Below, piece after piece: positions 18,907-28,920 of a stretch of DNA of 64,000 nucleotides. This stretch comes from Candidatus Hydrogenedentota bacterium. Its GTDB lineage: Bacteria > Hydrogenedentota > Hydrogenedentia > Hydrogenedentales > SLHB01. The notes under the pieces were generated by a model. The model was not told the DNA's origin and did no database searches. It saw only the letters and a list, made by a program, of their open reading frames with translations. Numbering within the stretch: position 1 is the stretch's first letter; every line of letters starts with the position of its first letter. Location of the stretch: assembly GCA_963745075.1 (NCBI GenBank), contig CAVUWV010000017.1:96001-160000 (forward strand), given 5' to 3'. The translations under genes were made by a program, and so were the position numbers.

Positions 18907-20365
18907 ACGCTCCTGGCCCCTGGCGGTGCCGGCGGGCGGTATCGGCGACGCTCCGGCCATCGTGGGCACGGAAAGCGTGACGACGTACAACGCCTATGCC
19001 GAAGTCGCAGAGCGGATCGCAGGTGTCTTTTACCGGGCCGGTCTGGAGCCCGGCGACCGCATCGCCATTCTTTCCCTTCCTTCCAGCGACTACCCGAAAC
19101 TGATCGTGGGGTGCTTTCATGCGGGGGTTGTGGCCTGTCCGCTGAATACGCGTGTCCCGCGGCAGAGTCTCGGCGACTGGTGTCAACGCACGAACATCAA
19201 AGCCCTGTGTGTGGACGAATGCTTTTCCGGCGTGGAGTTCGACTCCATTCCGACCATTGAAATCGCCGAAGTGTTGGCCTCCACCTTTAGCGATCCCGCA
19301 CCCCACGTCGTGGATCCGCGTCAGCCCGCGGTTATCCTCGGCACGTCGGGCAGTACCGGCGAGCCGAAAGCCGCGCTGCATACCTTGGGCAGCCTGAGCC
19401 AGAACGCGTTTGCGTCAAATCGCAACCTTCCCCTGGCGCCCGGCGATCGGTGGCTGCTATCCCTTCCACTGTTTCACGTGTCCGGCTTGGGCATCCTGTT
19501 CCGTTGTCTGTGGAGCGGGGCGACGGTCGTCGTCCGCGAGCCCGACGTTCCCCTCGATCGGGCGATCCTCGAGCATGAAGTCACACACGTCTCCCTTGTT
19601 GCGACACAACTGTTCCGGTTGCTTCAGACCCGGGACGGCATGGAAGCTTTGGCTCGTTTGAAAGTCATCCTCGTCGGCGGGAGCGCCATCCCCACCTCCG
19701 TCATCGGCGAAGCGTATGTGCGGAAACTTCCGGTGTGCACGACCTACGGCCTCACCGAGACCGCCTCGCAGATTACGGCCACCCGGCCGGGAGAACCCTT
19801 GCGCGTGCTCCAGACCTCGGGCCGTCCGCTGCTTCCCGGCACGGTGTCCATCTCACCGGACGGCGAGATTCTGGTACGCGGCGCGACCTTGTTCCAGGGG
19901 TACGTCGACAGGGACCGGATGGACTTGCCGCTTACGCCGGACGGTTGGTTCGAAACCGGCGATCTCGGCGAATTCGATGATGCCGGTAATCTCCACGTCA
20001 TCGGGCGCCGGGACAACATGTTTGTATCCGGAGGGGAGAACATCCAACCGGAAGAAGTGGAACGCTGGCTGTGCCGCCTCGAGGGCGTAATCGAGACCAT
20101 AGTCGTCCCGGTCCAGAACGCCGAGTTCGGCTCCCGGCCCGTGGCCTTCGTGCGGGTGTCGCAAAAGGAATTCATGCAGCCGGTGCGCTTTGCTGCGTTT
20201 CTCGTGGAGCATTTGCCCGGCTACAAGGTCCCGAACATCTTCCTCCCCTGGCCCGAAGAACGCGATGAACGGAGCATGAAAGTGAACCGCGAACACCTCC
20301 GGGAACTCGCTGAACTGCACCAACAGGGCGAATCCGCCCGAATCGTCGGCGCGGAAGAAGACTGA
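18899..20365 (+). CDS. menE: o-succinylbenzoate-CoA ligase
   Basis: TSGSTGEPK, LSLPLFHVSG, YGLTETASQ, TGDLG, GRRDNMFVSGGENIQPEE. Confidence 0.92.
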   Translation: MSERSWPLAVPAGGIGDAPAIVGTESVTTYNAYAEVAERIAGVFYRAGLEPGDRIAILSLPSSDYPKLIVGCFHAGVVACPLNTRVPRQSLGDWCQRTNIKALCVDECFSGVEFDSIPTIEIAEVLASTFSDPAPHVVDPRQPAVILGTSGSTGEPKAALHTLGSLSQNAFASNRNLPLAPGDRWLLSLPLFHVSGLGILFRCLWSGATVVVREPDVPLDRAILEHEVTHVSLVATQLFRLLQTRDGMEALARLKVILVGGSAIPTSVIGEAYVRKLPVCTTYGLTETASQITATRPGEPLRVLQTSGRPLLPGTVSISPDGEILVRGATLFQGYVDRDRMDLPLTPDGWFETGDLGEFDDAGNLHVIGRRDNMFVSGGENIQPEEVERWLCRLEGVIETIVVPVQNAEFGSRPVAFVRVSQKEFMQPVRFAAFLVEHLPGYKVPNIFLPWPEERDERSMKVNREHLRELAELHQQGESARIVGAEED

Positions 20366-20366
20366 T

Positions 20367-21647
20367 TCAGTTCTTCCCCAGAAACTCCCAGAAATTCCCG
20401 CCCAAAAGCTTTGCCGTATCGCGGCGGATTTCGTCTTCCGTGAGCGTCCATCCCGTCGCAAGAATATCCGCATACTTATCCGCAAGCACCTTGCCGACGA
20501 TCGCGCGGGAGTGGCCCCATTTGTAGAGCACTTGTTCGAGCACCCGCGCGTCGGAATGCTGGGGAACGACGCTCGTTCCGAGCAATTCGAAGCGCATGCG
20601 CGTCATCTCTTCGATCAGGCTCGGGTTGTTTAAGAACCACCAGCACCCGAACAGGAACAGGTTCGGAAATTTGCGGGCCGTCACGCACAGTTCGTGCTGG
20701 TTCTCCCGCGACAAAAATGTGGTCATGAATTTGTTATCCGGATGGGCCGCACAGAGCCGTTCCAATGCGCCCACGTCCGACTTTGCCACGCCGTCTCCCG
20801 CCAGCCGCAGTGCCGGATTCACCGCGCGCTTCACGCCAATCATCGTGGCGAAGGGAATGCCCTGTTCCGCCGCGACCGGGACAATGCACGAATCAATGAC
20901 CTTCACCCGCACGGAGTCCTCGGGGTAAGCGAAGTCCGGCGGCAGGGAGACGGCCATATAAAGCGCCTTCATCCGCTGAATCCATTCCGTCAAGAAACGG
21001 CGGACCTCCCGGACGGTCTTGGCATTCAGCGTAGCTTCCACGTCGTAGCCCCACGCCTTAAGCCGCTGGTGTGCGTTGCCCCAGTCGTTCAACAAGGGAT
21101 CGATGCGGAGTGCTGCGTGAAACCGCGGATCCCCGCCGTAGCCCCGCTCCCACACGGGACGCTCCAGGTCGTCGAAGGGATCGTTCGTCATCACGACGCT
21201 GCTCAGATTTGCCCGTTCGAACACGCGGTCGATATGTGCGGAAGGATCGGCGTCCTTAAAGAATTCGCGGTACGATGCGAGATTGCGCGAAGCCACATCC
21301 AGCCCAAGCTTGTCGAGCACGGTCAATACGCCGCGGCAGGCTTCGCTGTACGGTGTGCGCTTCACAAATAACTCGTGCCAAATGCAGTCTGCCTGTTCCT
21401 GTTTAGACCGCTTCCAGTAGGCGTCGTAGTCCATCCGCGTGGCCCGCATGACCTCCGCGATGAGGTAGTGATACGTTAGCAACTCGTCCAGACCGAACAA
21501 CAGCAGCTCGCCGAAGGGCGGGGCGTAAAGATGCGTGTGCAAGTCCGTCACCGGCGTTTCGGCGACAATGCCCGACACCGCCTCACGCATCGCTGCGGCG
21601 TCATTCCGGCCATAGATTTTGATGTTGACATGCGTGCTGGTTGTCAT
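20367..21647 (-). CDS. Uronate (glucuronate) isomerase, amidohydrolase superfamily
   Basis: DLHTH metal motif, LLTYHYL, SEACRG, MTNDPFD, RENQHEL, GCWWF, QHSDAR...YKW. Confidence 0.85.
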   Translation of the reverse strand: MTTSTHVNIKIYGRNDAAAMREAVSGIVAETPVTDLHTHLYAPPFGELLLFGLDELLTYHYLIAEVMRATRMDYDAYWKRSKQEQADCIWHELFVKRTPYSEACRGVLTVLDKLGLDVASRNLASYREFFKDADPSAHIDRVFERANLSSVVMTNDPFDDLERPVWERGYGGDPRFHAALRIDPLLNDWGNAHQRLKAWGYDVEATLNAKTVREVRRFLTEWIQRMKALYMAVSLPPDFAYPEDSVRVKVIDSCIVPVAAEQGIPFATMIGVKRAVNPALRLAGDGVAKSDVGALERLCAAHPDNKFMTTFLSRENQHELCVTARKFPNLFLFGCWWFLNNPSLIEEMTRMRFELLGTSVVPQHSDARVLEQVLYKWGHSRAIVGKVLADKYADILATGWTLTEDEIRRDTAKLLGGNFWEFLGKN

Positions 21648-21771
21648 GGTGCGAAACCCTCTCGATTCTCGTTCTAGACGCGCTCGCCCGTTCTTGGCGA
21701 GCACCTATGAGGCTACGCAATTTTCACGCGAGTAGTGCCGGGAACGAATAGAAACCCGTCGAGCGGTTGCG

Positions 21772-22058
21772 AAGAACATCCCGCTTGATCCCCCTTCAAA
21801 GGGGGAAGTGGGAACTTCGCAAATTGCGGGTACCCTTCACGTCGTCCTGCAATCATATGGGTTCGCCGTTCGTCCGAACGCGCCGCGAAGCGGACGCAAG
21901 CAATTCCCTCCCTTTGAAGACAGGACCGACAAAAGTCAATGCCTGGACCTTGGGTGACGCGCAAGTCGTTGCCGAGCCTGGACCGCTTTTGCACAAACCG
22001 GACCGTTGGCGACTTTTGTCGGCTCCCCCTTTGAAGGGGGATCAAGGGGGATGTTCTT
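21772..22058. repeat. REP/MITE-like element bounded by 35-bp inverted repeats
   Basis: 21772-21806 AAGAACATCCCGCTTGATCCCCCTTCAAAGGGGGA matches the reverse complement of 22024-22058 at 34/35; each arm holds a CCCCCTT-n-AAGGGGG palindrome; a degenerate third copy lies near 21905-21937. Confidence 0.8.
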
Positions 22059-22095
22059 TCGCGTATGCCTCTTGTGCTTCCGATTCTGTCTTCTG

Positions 22096-23685
22096 CTAAC
22101 TCAACGCCTTCCGCGCGTCGCCGGCGATCCGGGTCGGAATGCCCAGGTGCAGGCAGGTGCTCACCAGCTCCTGTAGGATATCGCCATACCCGATGGTGAT
22201 GTGGTTCGACATGTGCGATGCCATGCACTGGTCGCGGTCATATCCCGGGATGTGCACGTTGGCGATAGGCCACACCTTCGTGGTCTTGTTCAGCCGGTCC
22301 TGGACTTCGGCGTCCGGCATGTCCAGCACGTCGCCCGTGCCGCAGTCCATACCGAGTTGACCGAAGTGCTCGTAACACCGTGCCCAGGTAATCACGCCGG
22401 GTTTCGACACGCCCGAACAGGTCCCGCCGCCCTTCGGGAAGTACATCGGCGGCTGGCGATAGACCTTCGCGTGTTGCCATCCGCCATAGTGGGCGGGCGG
22501 CGCGCCGCCGGAAATGAGCAGCACCCACGCGAACTTGCCCTCCCATTCACGGCCCCAACGCACGTCGTGGAGCGTCGTCTCCGGCGCCATCTTCTTGCGC
22601 TGGTAGATTTCGTTCATAAGCATCTGCGGAATGCCAGACCCCAAATCGCCTTCGTTGAAGTGGGGGAGGGGCTTGCCCTTGTGCACCACTTTCCGCGTTT
22701 CCAGGCTTACGATATCGGGGCGGTCCACATTGTTCAGCATCCCTTCCACAAGATCCGACGCGGGCACCTGGCGCATCAGGCCCAATTGATAGGGGATGCC
22801 GATGGCCGACAATCCGTAGCGCTCGTACACGCGTCCGGCGGCGATGTACATCTTCATCTGGCTCAGGACCTGCGCATGCACCAGATGTTCGGAGGCGTCG
22901 TGGCCCCAATCGAACCACGTCTTCTTCTTGACGAGCCAATTCAACATCTTCTGCGCTTCGGCGTCGCTGACGAGGTCCATTTCCGCCATAAGGTCCGACT
23001 GATTGAGGTATTCAATCGGCATTCCGACTGCGCCGACTTTGCCCGGATCGAGCACGGCGTTCAGCATGCCCATGCAGCCTGGATCGAACTGCCCCATAAT
23101 GCGGCGGTTGGTCAGGATATCCTTGGCAAACGCCTCGCCAAATTTGTGCGCGCTCGCGGAAAGCTTCAGTTTGTTAGCATCCGTCACGTGGGACAGGCTG
23201 TGGGTAATCACGCCCGTCTTCACCCACGTTTGGAGTTGCTTCATGAACGACTTGTCTTTCGCGAAGCTCTCGCTCCAGATGCGCGAATGCTTGACCCCGA
23301 GTCGCGCCAGTGTGCCGGCGTGGTTGAGCAACGCCACCAGTCCCGGCCACGTGCCGTCGAAATTGGCCAGCAGCAGGATCGGTCCTTTGTGCGTTTGCAG
23401 TGCGCCCGAGACATGCGTCGAGTAGGCCCAGCAACTGAGTACAATTACGACGGGTGCATCGGGTTCGATCTTGGAGAAAACCCCTGTCCCGGCACATTGG
23501 CGATTGAGAAAACCGTGTTTCTTCTTCTTGTCGAATCTGGGCAGAACTTCCGTCTGCACACCGAGTTTGGTGAACGCGGCCTTTACGGACTTTAACGTGG
23601 CTTCCTGCATCGGCCAGCACACGACGTTGGCCGAATCCCGAAAGTCCCCGTTGGAAATGAGATATACCTTCTTACTCTTCGCCAT
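22096..23685 (-). CDS. L-fucose/L-arabinose isomerase-like protein
   Basis: LANFDGTWPGLV..LN, GCMGM, IGIPYQLG, HFNEGD, TLHDVRWG, NHITIGY. Confidence 0.7.
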   Translation of the reverse strand: MAKSKKVYLISNGDFRDSANVVCWPMQEATLKSVKAAFTKLGVQTEVLPRFDKKKKHGFLNRQCAGTGVFSKIEPDAPVVIVLSCWAYSTHVSGALQTHKGPILLLANFDGTWPGLVALLNHAGTLARLGVKHSRIWSESFAKDKSFMKQLQTWVKTGVITHSLSHVTDANKLKLSASAHKFGEAFAKDILTNRRIMGQFDPGCMGMLNAVLDPGKVGAVGMPIEYLNQSDLMAEMDLVSDAEAQKMLNWLVKKKTWFDWGHDASEHLVHAQVLSQMKMYIAAGRVYERYGLSAIGIPYQLGLMRQVPASDLVEGMLNNVDRPDIVSLETRKVVHKGKPLPHFNEGDLGSGIPQMLMNEIYQRKKMAPETTLHDVRWGREWEGKFAWVLLISGGAPPAHYGGWQHAKVYRQPPMYFPKGGGTCSGVSKPGVITWARCYEHFGQLGMDCGTGDVLDMPDAEVQDRLNKTTKVWPIANVHIPGYDRDQCMASHMSNHITIGYGDILQELVSTCLHLGIPTRIAGDARKALS

Positions 23686-23860
23686 AATTCCCCATCCCTA
23701 TTGGTTATCCCCCTGGCTCGCGTATGAGTAGATATGATTCCGACTTCCGCGGCAGACGGGTCGCCTCATTCTGGAAGGATTCTGCGCAAAGATCAAGCGT
23801 CCCGAGGTCCCGGAGCCGCGTGCCCGAAATCCGTTGCCTGCCGTCTTTCGTTGTGCGAGA

Positions 23861-24841
23861 ATGGCGCACATGCGATACGTTCGAACCATTGAAGTCATCC
23901 TGGGGGCGGTGTTTATCTTTTCCGCCGTGACCAAGGCGCTCGATATCTACCAGTTCGCGGTGCAGGTGTCGTATTACGGCTTGGTCAAGGAGCCCTCGCT
24001 GGTCCGGCTCATCGCCTACCTCATGGTCGGCTTGGAGACCGCCCTGGGCGCGTGCCTCTTGGCAGGCGTGCGTCTACGCGGATTGACGCCGATCGGTACG
24101 ATCGCCTTGCTTCTCGCGTTTTCCGGGCTTGTCTTGTACGCGTGGCAGTACCGTGGCTTGCAGGAGTGTGGCTGTTTCGGCAAATACATCCAGATGGGTC
24201 CCAAGTCAACGCTTGCCAAGAACGTGGTGCTGATTGCACTCGCCGTTGCTGCATGGGCTGGTGCTCGCCGCATACCCAAACCGGCCGAGGGCCCCGTACC
24301 TGACAAGACATCCAAATGGCGCCCGGGATACGTGCTCGGAACGCTGGGGCTTCTCGCGGTGGTTCTCGCCGCGGCCATGGGCAAGACGCCCCCGCCCAAG
24401 ACGCCAACGTCAACGACTTCAACGTCCGGCGCGCCGTTCGCGAAGTTCGTGTTCACCACGGAAACTGGGGAGGAGGTCGACCTGGGGTCTGGCGAGTATT
24501 TTGTCGCCATGTTGAGCGCCACGTGTGAACATTGTCAGGCGGCGAGTATCCTGCTCAACGACCTCATGTTCATGCCCGATGTCCCGACGACAGTCGGCCT
24601 GCTGATGGCGGAGGACTCCTCGGAAGTCGACGACTTCAATGCCATCGTCCAGCCGGTGTTCGTCATCCACGTTATCGACACCTTGGAGTGGAGTTATTTG
24701 ATCGGAAAGGAACCGCCGCGCTTCTATGTCATCCACGACGGTGTCCCCCTCCGGCATCTGGACACGTTGGACCCCACCCTCGACGAACTCTACGAATTCG
24801 CTACACAGCCGGATGAGGAACCCGCCGCCGCTGCCAATTAG
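23861..24841 (+). CDS. MauE/DoxX-family membrane protein fused to a thioredoxin-like CxxC domain
   Basis: LGAVFIFSAVTKA, ECGCFG (MauE), TM helices, Pro/Thr linker, TCEHC...PP in the C-terminal domain. Confidence 0.75.
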   Translation: MAHMRYVRTIEVILGAVFIFSAVTKALDIYQFAVQVSYYGLVKEPSLVRLIAYLMVGLETALGACLLAGVRLRGLTPIGTIALLLAFSGLVLYAWQYRGLQECGCFGKYIQMGPKSTLAKNVVLIALAVAAWAGARRIPKPAEGPVPDKTSKWRPGYVLGTLGLLAVVLAAAMGKTPPPKTPTSTTSTSGAPFAKFVFTTETGEEVDLGSGEYFVAMLSATCEHCQAASILLNDLMFMPDVPTTVGLLMAEDSSEVDDFNAIVQPVFVIHVIDTLEWSYLIGKEPPRFYVIHDGVPLRHLDTLDPTLDELYEFATQPDEEPAAAAN

Positions 24842-26022
24842 CTCCAGCGGGTCAACGGGTGCGTGCGATTCTTCAGGGGAAGTTCAACTGTCTTTCCCGC
24901 TGTATACGCCGCAAAGACACCCTGGATCATTTCCTCCGTGTTCCGGCCGTCCTGCAAGCTGACCTCAGGCATCCGGTCTTCTTCGATGGAGGCGATCAGA
25001 TCGTTGATAATCGGCGCGTACCGTTCCAGGTGCTCGTCCTTCATCACCTGCTTCGGAGCGCCCGGCAGCGGTTCCCATCGGGCCCCGTTCATGCCCGTCC
25101 ACGATTTGTCACGCAGCAGCAGCACCTCCGGGATGACGTCCATGCGCACCGAGATCATGCCTTCCGCGCCGCAAATATCCATGCCCCACCGGGAGCCGCT
25201 CGCGTCGCCGCTCTTCATGGATCCGAATGTCCCCGGGACGCCCTTCGCAAAACCGTAGGCGGCGTGCAGACGATTCCCCACGATCGGCCCCAGTGGTTCG
25301 GAGGCTTCCATCACATTCGCTGGCGTGGCCGGCCGCCCGTTCCAGGTGATGTCCGACGAGCACCAGGTCGGCATGCCGAACAGCCAAATCATGATGTCGA
25401 ATACGTGACAGCCCAGGACGATCAGGTCTTCACCGCCCGCCCGATTGTCCTCCTTGCCTCGCGCGCGAATCTCGAGCGGGCTGCCGATGAGCTTATCGTC
25501 GTAAATGGCTTTCTTGAGGTATTGGATGATCTGCGTGACGCGAAAGTTGAACCCGATGGTCCATTTCAGATTCCTGGCTTCGATGGCCGAAATCATCTCA
25601 TCGGCTTCGGCGAGGTCGACACAAAGCGGTTTCTCCATGAACCCGTGCGCGCCGATGTCTGCGCACGCGAGAAGATACTCCTTGTGATTCACCGACCAGC
25701 GCGGCGCAATGGCGACCAGATTCGGTTTTTCCTTGTCCAGCATTTCCCGCCAATCGGCGTACAGGTTCTGGGCATTCGCTTCCTTGCCGTGCTTGACCCG
25801 GCCCGCCTCGTTCGGATCGGCCAATCCCACGACAGCCACATCGTCGCGTACGCCCCAGACCCGATGCACGTCGTGACCGTAGCCGCCGTGTTCCGTGTCG
25901 CCGATGATACAGGCGCGGTACTTCTTCCCACCCTCGGCGGCGAAGGCCTTTCCTGCCGCCCCCGCGAGGATCGGCGCGGCGGCCATGGACGTGAGAAAGG
26001 AACGTCTATTCAGATTCGCCAT
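24838..26022 (-). CDS. Gfo/Idh/MocA oxidoreductase with a Tat signal
   Basis: MANLNRRSFL twin-arginine signal; MEKP; GGEDLIVLGCHVFD. Confidence 0.85.
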   Translation of the reverse strand: MANLNRRSFLTSMAAAPILAGAAGKAFAAEGGKKYRACIIGDTEHGGYGHDVHRVWGVRDDVAVVGLADPNEAGRVKHGKEANAQNLYADWREMLDKEKPNLVAIAPRWSVNHKEYLLACADIGAHGFMEKPLCVDLAEADEMISAIEARNLKWTIGFNFRVTQIIQYLKKAIYDDKLIGSPLEIRARGKEDNRAGGEDLIVLGCHVFDIMIWLFGMPTWCSSDITWNGRPATPANVMEASEPLGPIVGNRLHAAYGFAKGVPGTFGSMKSGDASGSRWGMDICGAEGMISVRMDVIPEVLLLRDKSWTGMNGARWEPLPGAPKQVMKDEHLERYAPIINDLIASIEEDRMPEVSLQDGRNTEEMIQGVFAAYTAGKTVELPLKNRTHPLTRWS

Positions 26023-26257
26023 GAGAATTCTCCTTTGCGACGTGCCGTGCATTCCGGTGTTCAGAGCTGCCAGAATACATCACGATTCGCCGCCGAGTCC
26101 ACGAAAGCACAGCGCGCTACGTTGAATTCGCCTCGAAATTGGCGTTCCCCTCAAAAACCATTTCGCGCGTGCCGACATGCAAAGGTAGACGCCGCAACGA
26201 TCCCTTGGTACAATCCCCGCCCTTGTCCATGCGCAATCCCTGACGAAGGATGTAACA

Positions 26258-28336
26258 TTGATTTCGAGTCGAAAACTACTCGCCGGACTCAATCCGGAGC
26301 AAGCGGAAGCGGTCCGTCAGACGGAAGGTCCGGTCCTCATTCTCGCCGGCGCCGGCAGTGGCAAGACGCGCGTGATCACCCGGCGCATCGCCTATCTTAT
26401 CGCCGAAGGGATTGCGGAGCCCGAATCCATTCTGGCGTTGACCTTTACCAACAAAGCCGCGGAAGAAATGCGCGTCCGCATTGCAGAACTGGTCGGCAAG
26501 AAGACTGCCGACCGTCTCGTTCTGTCCACGTTTCATTCGTTCTGCTTGCGCGTATTGCGCACCGAATGTGATCGCATCGGGTATCGCCGGAATTTCACGG
26601 TATCCGGCGAGTCGGATACGCGGACGCTGGTCCGCCGTATGCTTGACGACATTGCGGACGTGAAAGAGAGCTTCAGTCCGGCCATCGTGCTCGAACGGAT
26701 CAGCTTGGTGAAATGCGGTAAGGCGACACTGGATGCCAACGGTACGACGACAAAGAGTGAGGTCGAGTCCGCGACGGAAGCGAAGTACGGCAAGTGGCTG
26801 CCCGAGTTTTACCAACGGTATCAGTCGGCGTTGCGGGCGTCCAATACCATGGATTTCGACGATCTCCTCGGGCTCACATTGAAACTGTGGCAGGAACACC
26901 CGCGCGTGCTGGCCCGATATCAGAAGCAGTATCGGTATGTGATGGTCGACGAGTACCAGGACACCAATCACATCCAGTACGAATTGCTGTCCGCACTCGT
27001 CGCGGCGCACCGCAACCTGTGTGTCGTCGGCGACGACGACCAATCTATCTACGCCTGGCGAGGCGCGGGGATCGAAAACATCCTCGACTTCGAGCGGGAG
27101 TATCCGAAAGCCCACGTCGTCCGGCTCGAACAGAACTATCGCTCGACGACGACAATCCTCGATGCGGCAAACCACGTCATCCTGAACAACCGGGAGCGGC
27201 GTCCCAAGAAACTCTGGAGTGACCTCGGCGAAGGCCGAGTCATCGACTGGATCGTCACGGGGGACGAAGAACACGAAGCCAAGGAAGCCGTGAACTGGCT
27301 TGGCCACATCGTCCAGCGGTCCAATGCGGAATTCGGCGACTTCGCCTTGTTGTACCGGTCCAACCAGCAGTCCCGTCCCCTGGAAATCGCCTTCCGGCAA
27401 GCGGGCATCCCGTACGAAGTGTATGGGGGGCAGGACTTCTTCGAGCGCAGCGAGGTGCGCGATGTGGTGGCTTACCTGCGTACCATCGCCAATCCCCGGG
27501 ATGAGTCGGCCTTTCTCCGTGTGGTCAATGTTCCGCGGCGCGGCATTGGGGACGTCACCCTGCACGAAGTGCACGAACTGTGCCGGGCCGAATCCCTGAC
27601 CCTCGGAAAAGGGCTGGCGGCGGCGCTGGCCCGTCAGAAAGTCTCCAGCCAGGCGGAAGCCGGTATCCGTACGTTTCTCGCGGTACTGACCGAGTTTCGG
27701 CGGCGTTTTCGGGAGTGCGATGGGCGTTTGGCCGAAACCCTCGAAGCGCTCCTCATGCGGATCGCCTACCGCGCCGAACTCGTCCGAACCAGCAAGACTC
27801 CCGACCAAGCCTCGGTTCGTTGGGCGAACGTCGAAGCGGTCGTCGCGGCCATGGCCGACTACGAACGTTCCACGTCCCATCCGACCCTGAGCGGATTCCT
27901 CGATCAAAGCTCTCTCGATACGTCCGACATCAAAGGACGCGGGCGGGAACGGCGCAAGGATGCGGTGTCGCTCATGACAATTCACAGTGCAAAAGGGCTG
28001 GAGTTCCCCTTCGTCTTCGTGATGGGCGTGGAGGAAGGGCTACTGCCGCACGACAAGTGCGTGGGCGAACGGGCCGTCGAAGAAGAGCGCCGTCTGTTTT
28101 ACGTGGCACTGACACGCGGAAAGCGCCATGTGACGCTATTCGAAGCCATCTCCCGCGTGCGCAACGGGCGGGAGCGCATGGCGTCGACCAGCCGCTTCGT
28201 CAAGGAGATTCCCGAGTCCCTGGTGAATCGTCACATCCGGGCCGCGCACGACATGGTGCGTGCTCGCGTCGAGCCACCTGCGTTGAAGACGCGCCGCGGC
28301 AAGCCTAGGGCATCGACTCGCAGTCGAAAGCGATAA
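26258..28336 (+). CDS. ATP-dependent SF1 DNA helicase (UvrD/Rep/PcrA)
   Basis: AGAGSGKT, TFTNKAA, VDEYQDTN, GDDDQSIYAWRGA, LEQNYRS, MTIHSAKGLEF, EERRLFYVALTR. Confidence 0.95.
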   Translation: MISSRKLLAGLNPEQAEAVRQTEGPVLILAGAGSGKTRVITRRIAYLIAEGIAEPESILALTFTNKAAEEMRVRIAELVGKKTADRLVLSTFHSFCLRVLRTECDRIGYRRNFTVSGESDTRTLVRRMLDDIADVKESFSPAIVLERISLVKCGKATLDANGTTTKSEVESATEAKYGKWLPEFYQRYQSALRASNTMDFDDLLGLTLKLWQEHPRVLARYQKQYRYVMVDEYQDTNHIQYELLSALVAAHRNLCVVGDDDQSIYAWRGAGIENILDFEREYPKAHVVRLEQNYRSTTTILDAANHVILNNRERRPKKLWSDLGEGRVIDWIVTGDEEHEAKEAVNWLGHIVQRSNAEFGDFALLYRSNQQSRPLEIAFRQAGIPYEVYGGQDFFERSEVRDVVAYLRTIANPRDESAFLRVVNVPRRGIGDVTLHEVHELCRAESLTLGKGLAAALARQKVSSQAEAGIRTFLAVLTEFRRRFRECDGRLAETLEALLMRIAYRAELVRTSKTPDQASVRWANVEAVVAAMADYERSTSHPTLSGFLDQSSLDTSDIKGRGRERRKDAVSLMTIHSAKGLEFPFVFVMGVEEGLLPHDKCVGERAVEEERRLFYVALTRGKRHVTLFEAISRVRNGRERMASTSRFVKEIPESLVNRHIRAAHDMVRARVEPPALKTRRGKPRASTRSRKR

Positions 28337-28373
28337 AAAACAAACGGACTGCGGCTTCACACCGCAGTCCGTT
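28335..28373 (-). terminator. Intrinsic terminator downstream of the peptide cluster (possibly bidirectional with the helicase)
   Basis: 12-bp stem AACGGACTGCGG/CCGCAGTCCGTT with a 7-nt loop; the A-tract on + is a U-tract on -. Confidence 0.75.
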
Positions 28374-28427
28374 CGAATCACCATTCAAGCGCCGGTCGAA
28401 CCGGCGACTCTACTTTCGAATACCAGA

Positions 28428-28637
28428 TTACTGGCCGTCAATGACGCCGTTGCCGTTCCGGTCACCCAGCAGCCCTTCGGGCAGCAGGGTCCCGCCGAAC
28501 AGCCAGCCCCACCACTTCTCCATGGTCAGGCCGATGACGACGACGATATCCGTCAAGCTCATGATGTCAAAATAGTTTCTCGGCACCTGATAGGCGGTAG
28601 CCGGAAGCGCCTTCGAAACGCGACCGATGTGCTTCAT
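28428..28637 (-). CDS. Small MKH-leader peptide P1 (69 aa)
   Basis: TAAGGAGGT SD; MKHIGRVSKALPATA-YQVPRNYF...WWGWLFGG...GDRNGNGVIDGQ. Confidence 0.75.
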   Translation of the reverse strand: MKHIGRVSKALPATAYQVPRNYFDIMSLTDIVVVIGLTMEKWWGWLFGGTLLPEGLLGDRNGNGVIDGQ

Positions 28638-28761
28638 GTTCCTTAAACCTCCTTAAGGTTTGTATCCCGGTTGAAACGCATTTACGAACCCCGCCGCCCC
28701 GCGAATGCGGGACGAACTTCAACCCTGGGGTGCCCATGCCGGGCGCGAACCCGGTGGGCAG

Positions 28762-28920
28762 TTACACGTCTCGGGGATCCAAGGAGCCGTTGGTGAACCA
28801 AAGCTGATTGATGTAGTTGGTCTTGGCACCAGTACCCTTCAGCTCACCGCCCTTACCGAACCAGCCGAACCACCAAGCGGTCACCGGCGCATTCTTCGAT
28901 ATCTTGCGAACGTGTTTCAT
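28762..28920 (-). CDS. Small MKH-leader peptide P2 (52 aa; not in the ORF track)
   Basis: My translation: MKHVRKISKNAPVTA-WWFGWFGKGGELKGTGAKTNYINQLWFTNGSLDPRDV*; AAAGGG SD; alternative ATG at 28926. Confidence 0.72.
   Translation of the reverse strand: MKHVRKISKNAPVTAWWFGWFGKGGELKGTGAKTNYINQLWFTNGSLDPRDV

Noticed and set aside
21713..22228. ORFs over the inverted-repeat element as a transposase
   Set aside because: No HUH or DDE motifs; the translations simply reflect the repeat (PLQRG / PPLKGDQ).
24859..27985. Long ORFs 24859-26571 (+) and 26276-27985 (-), and similar ones such as 1762-2988, 22201-23595, 49673-51172 and 57916-59334
   Set aside because: Antisense shadows of well-supported genes in GC-rich DNA; no recognisable motifs.
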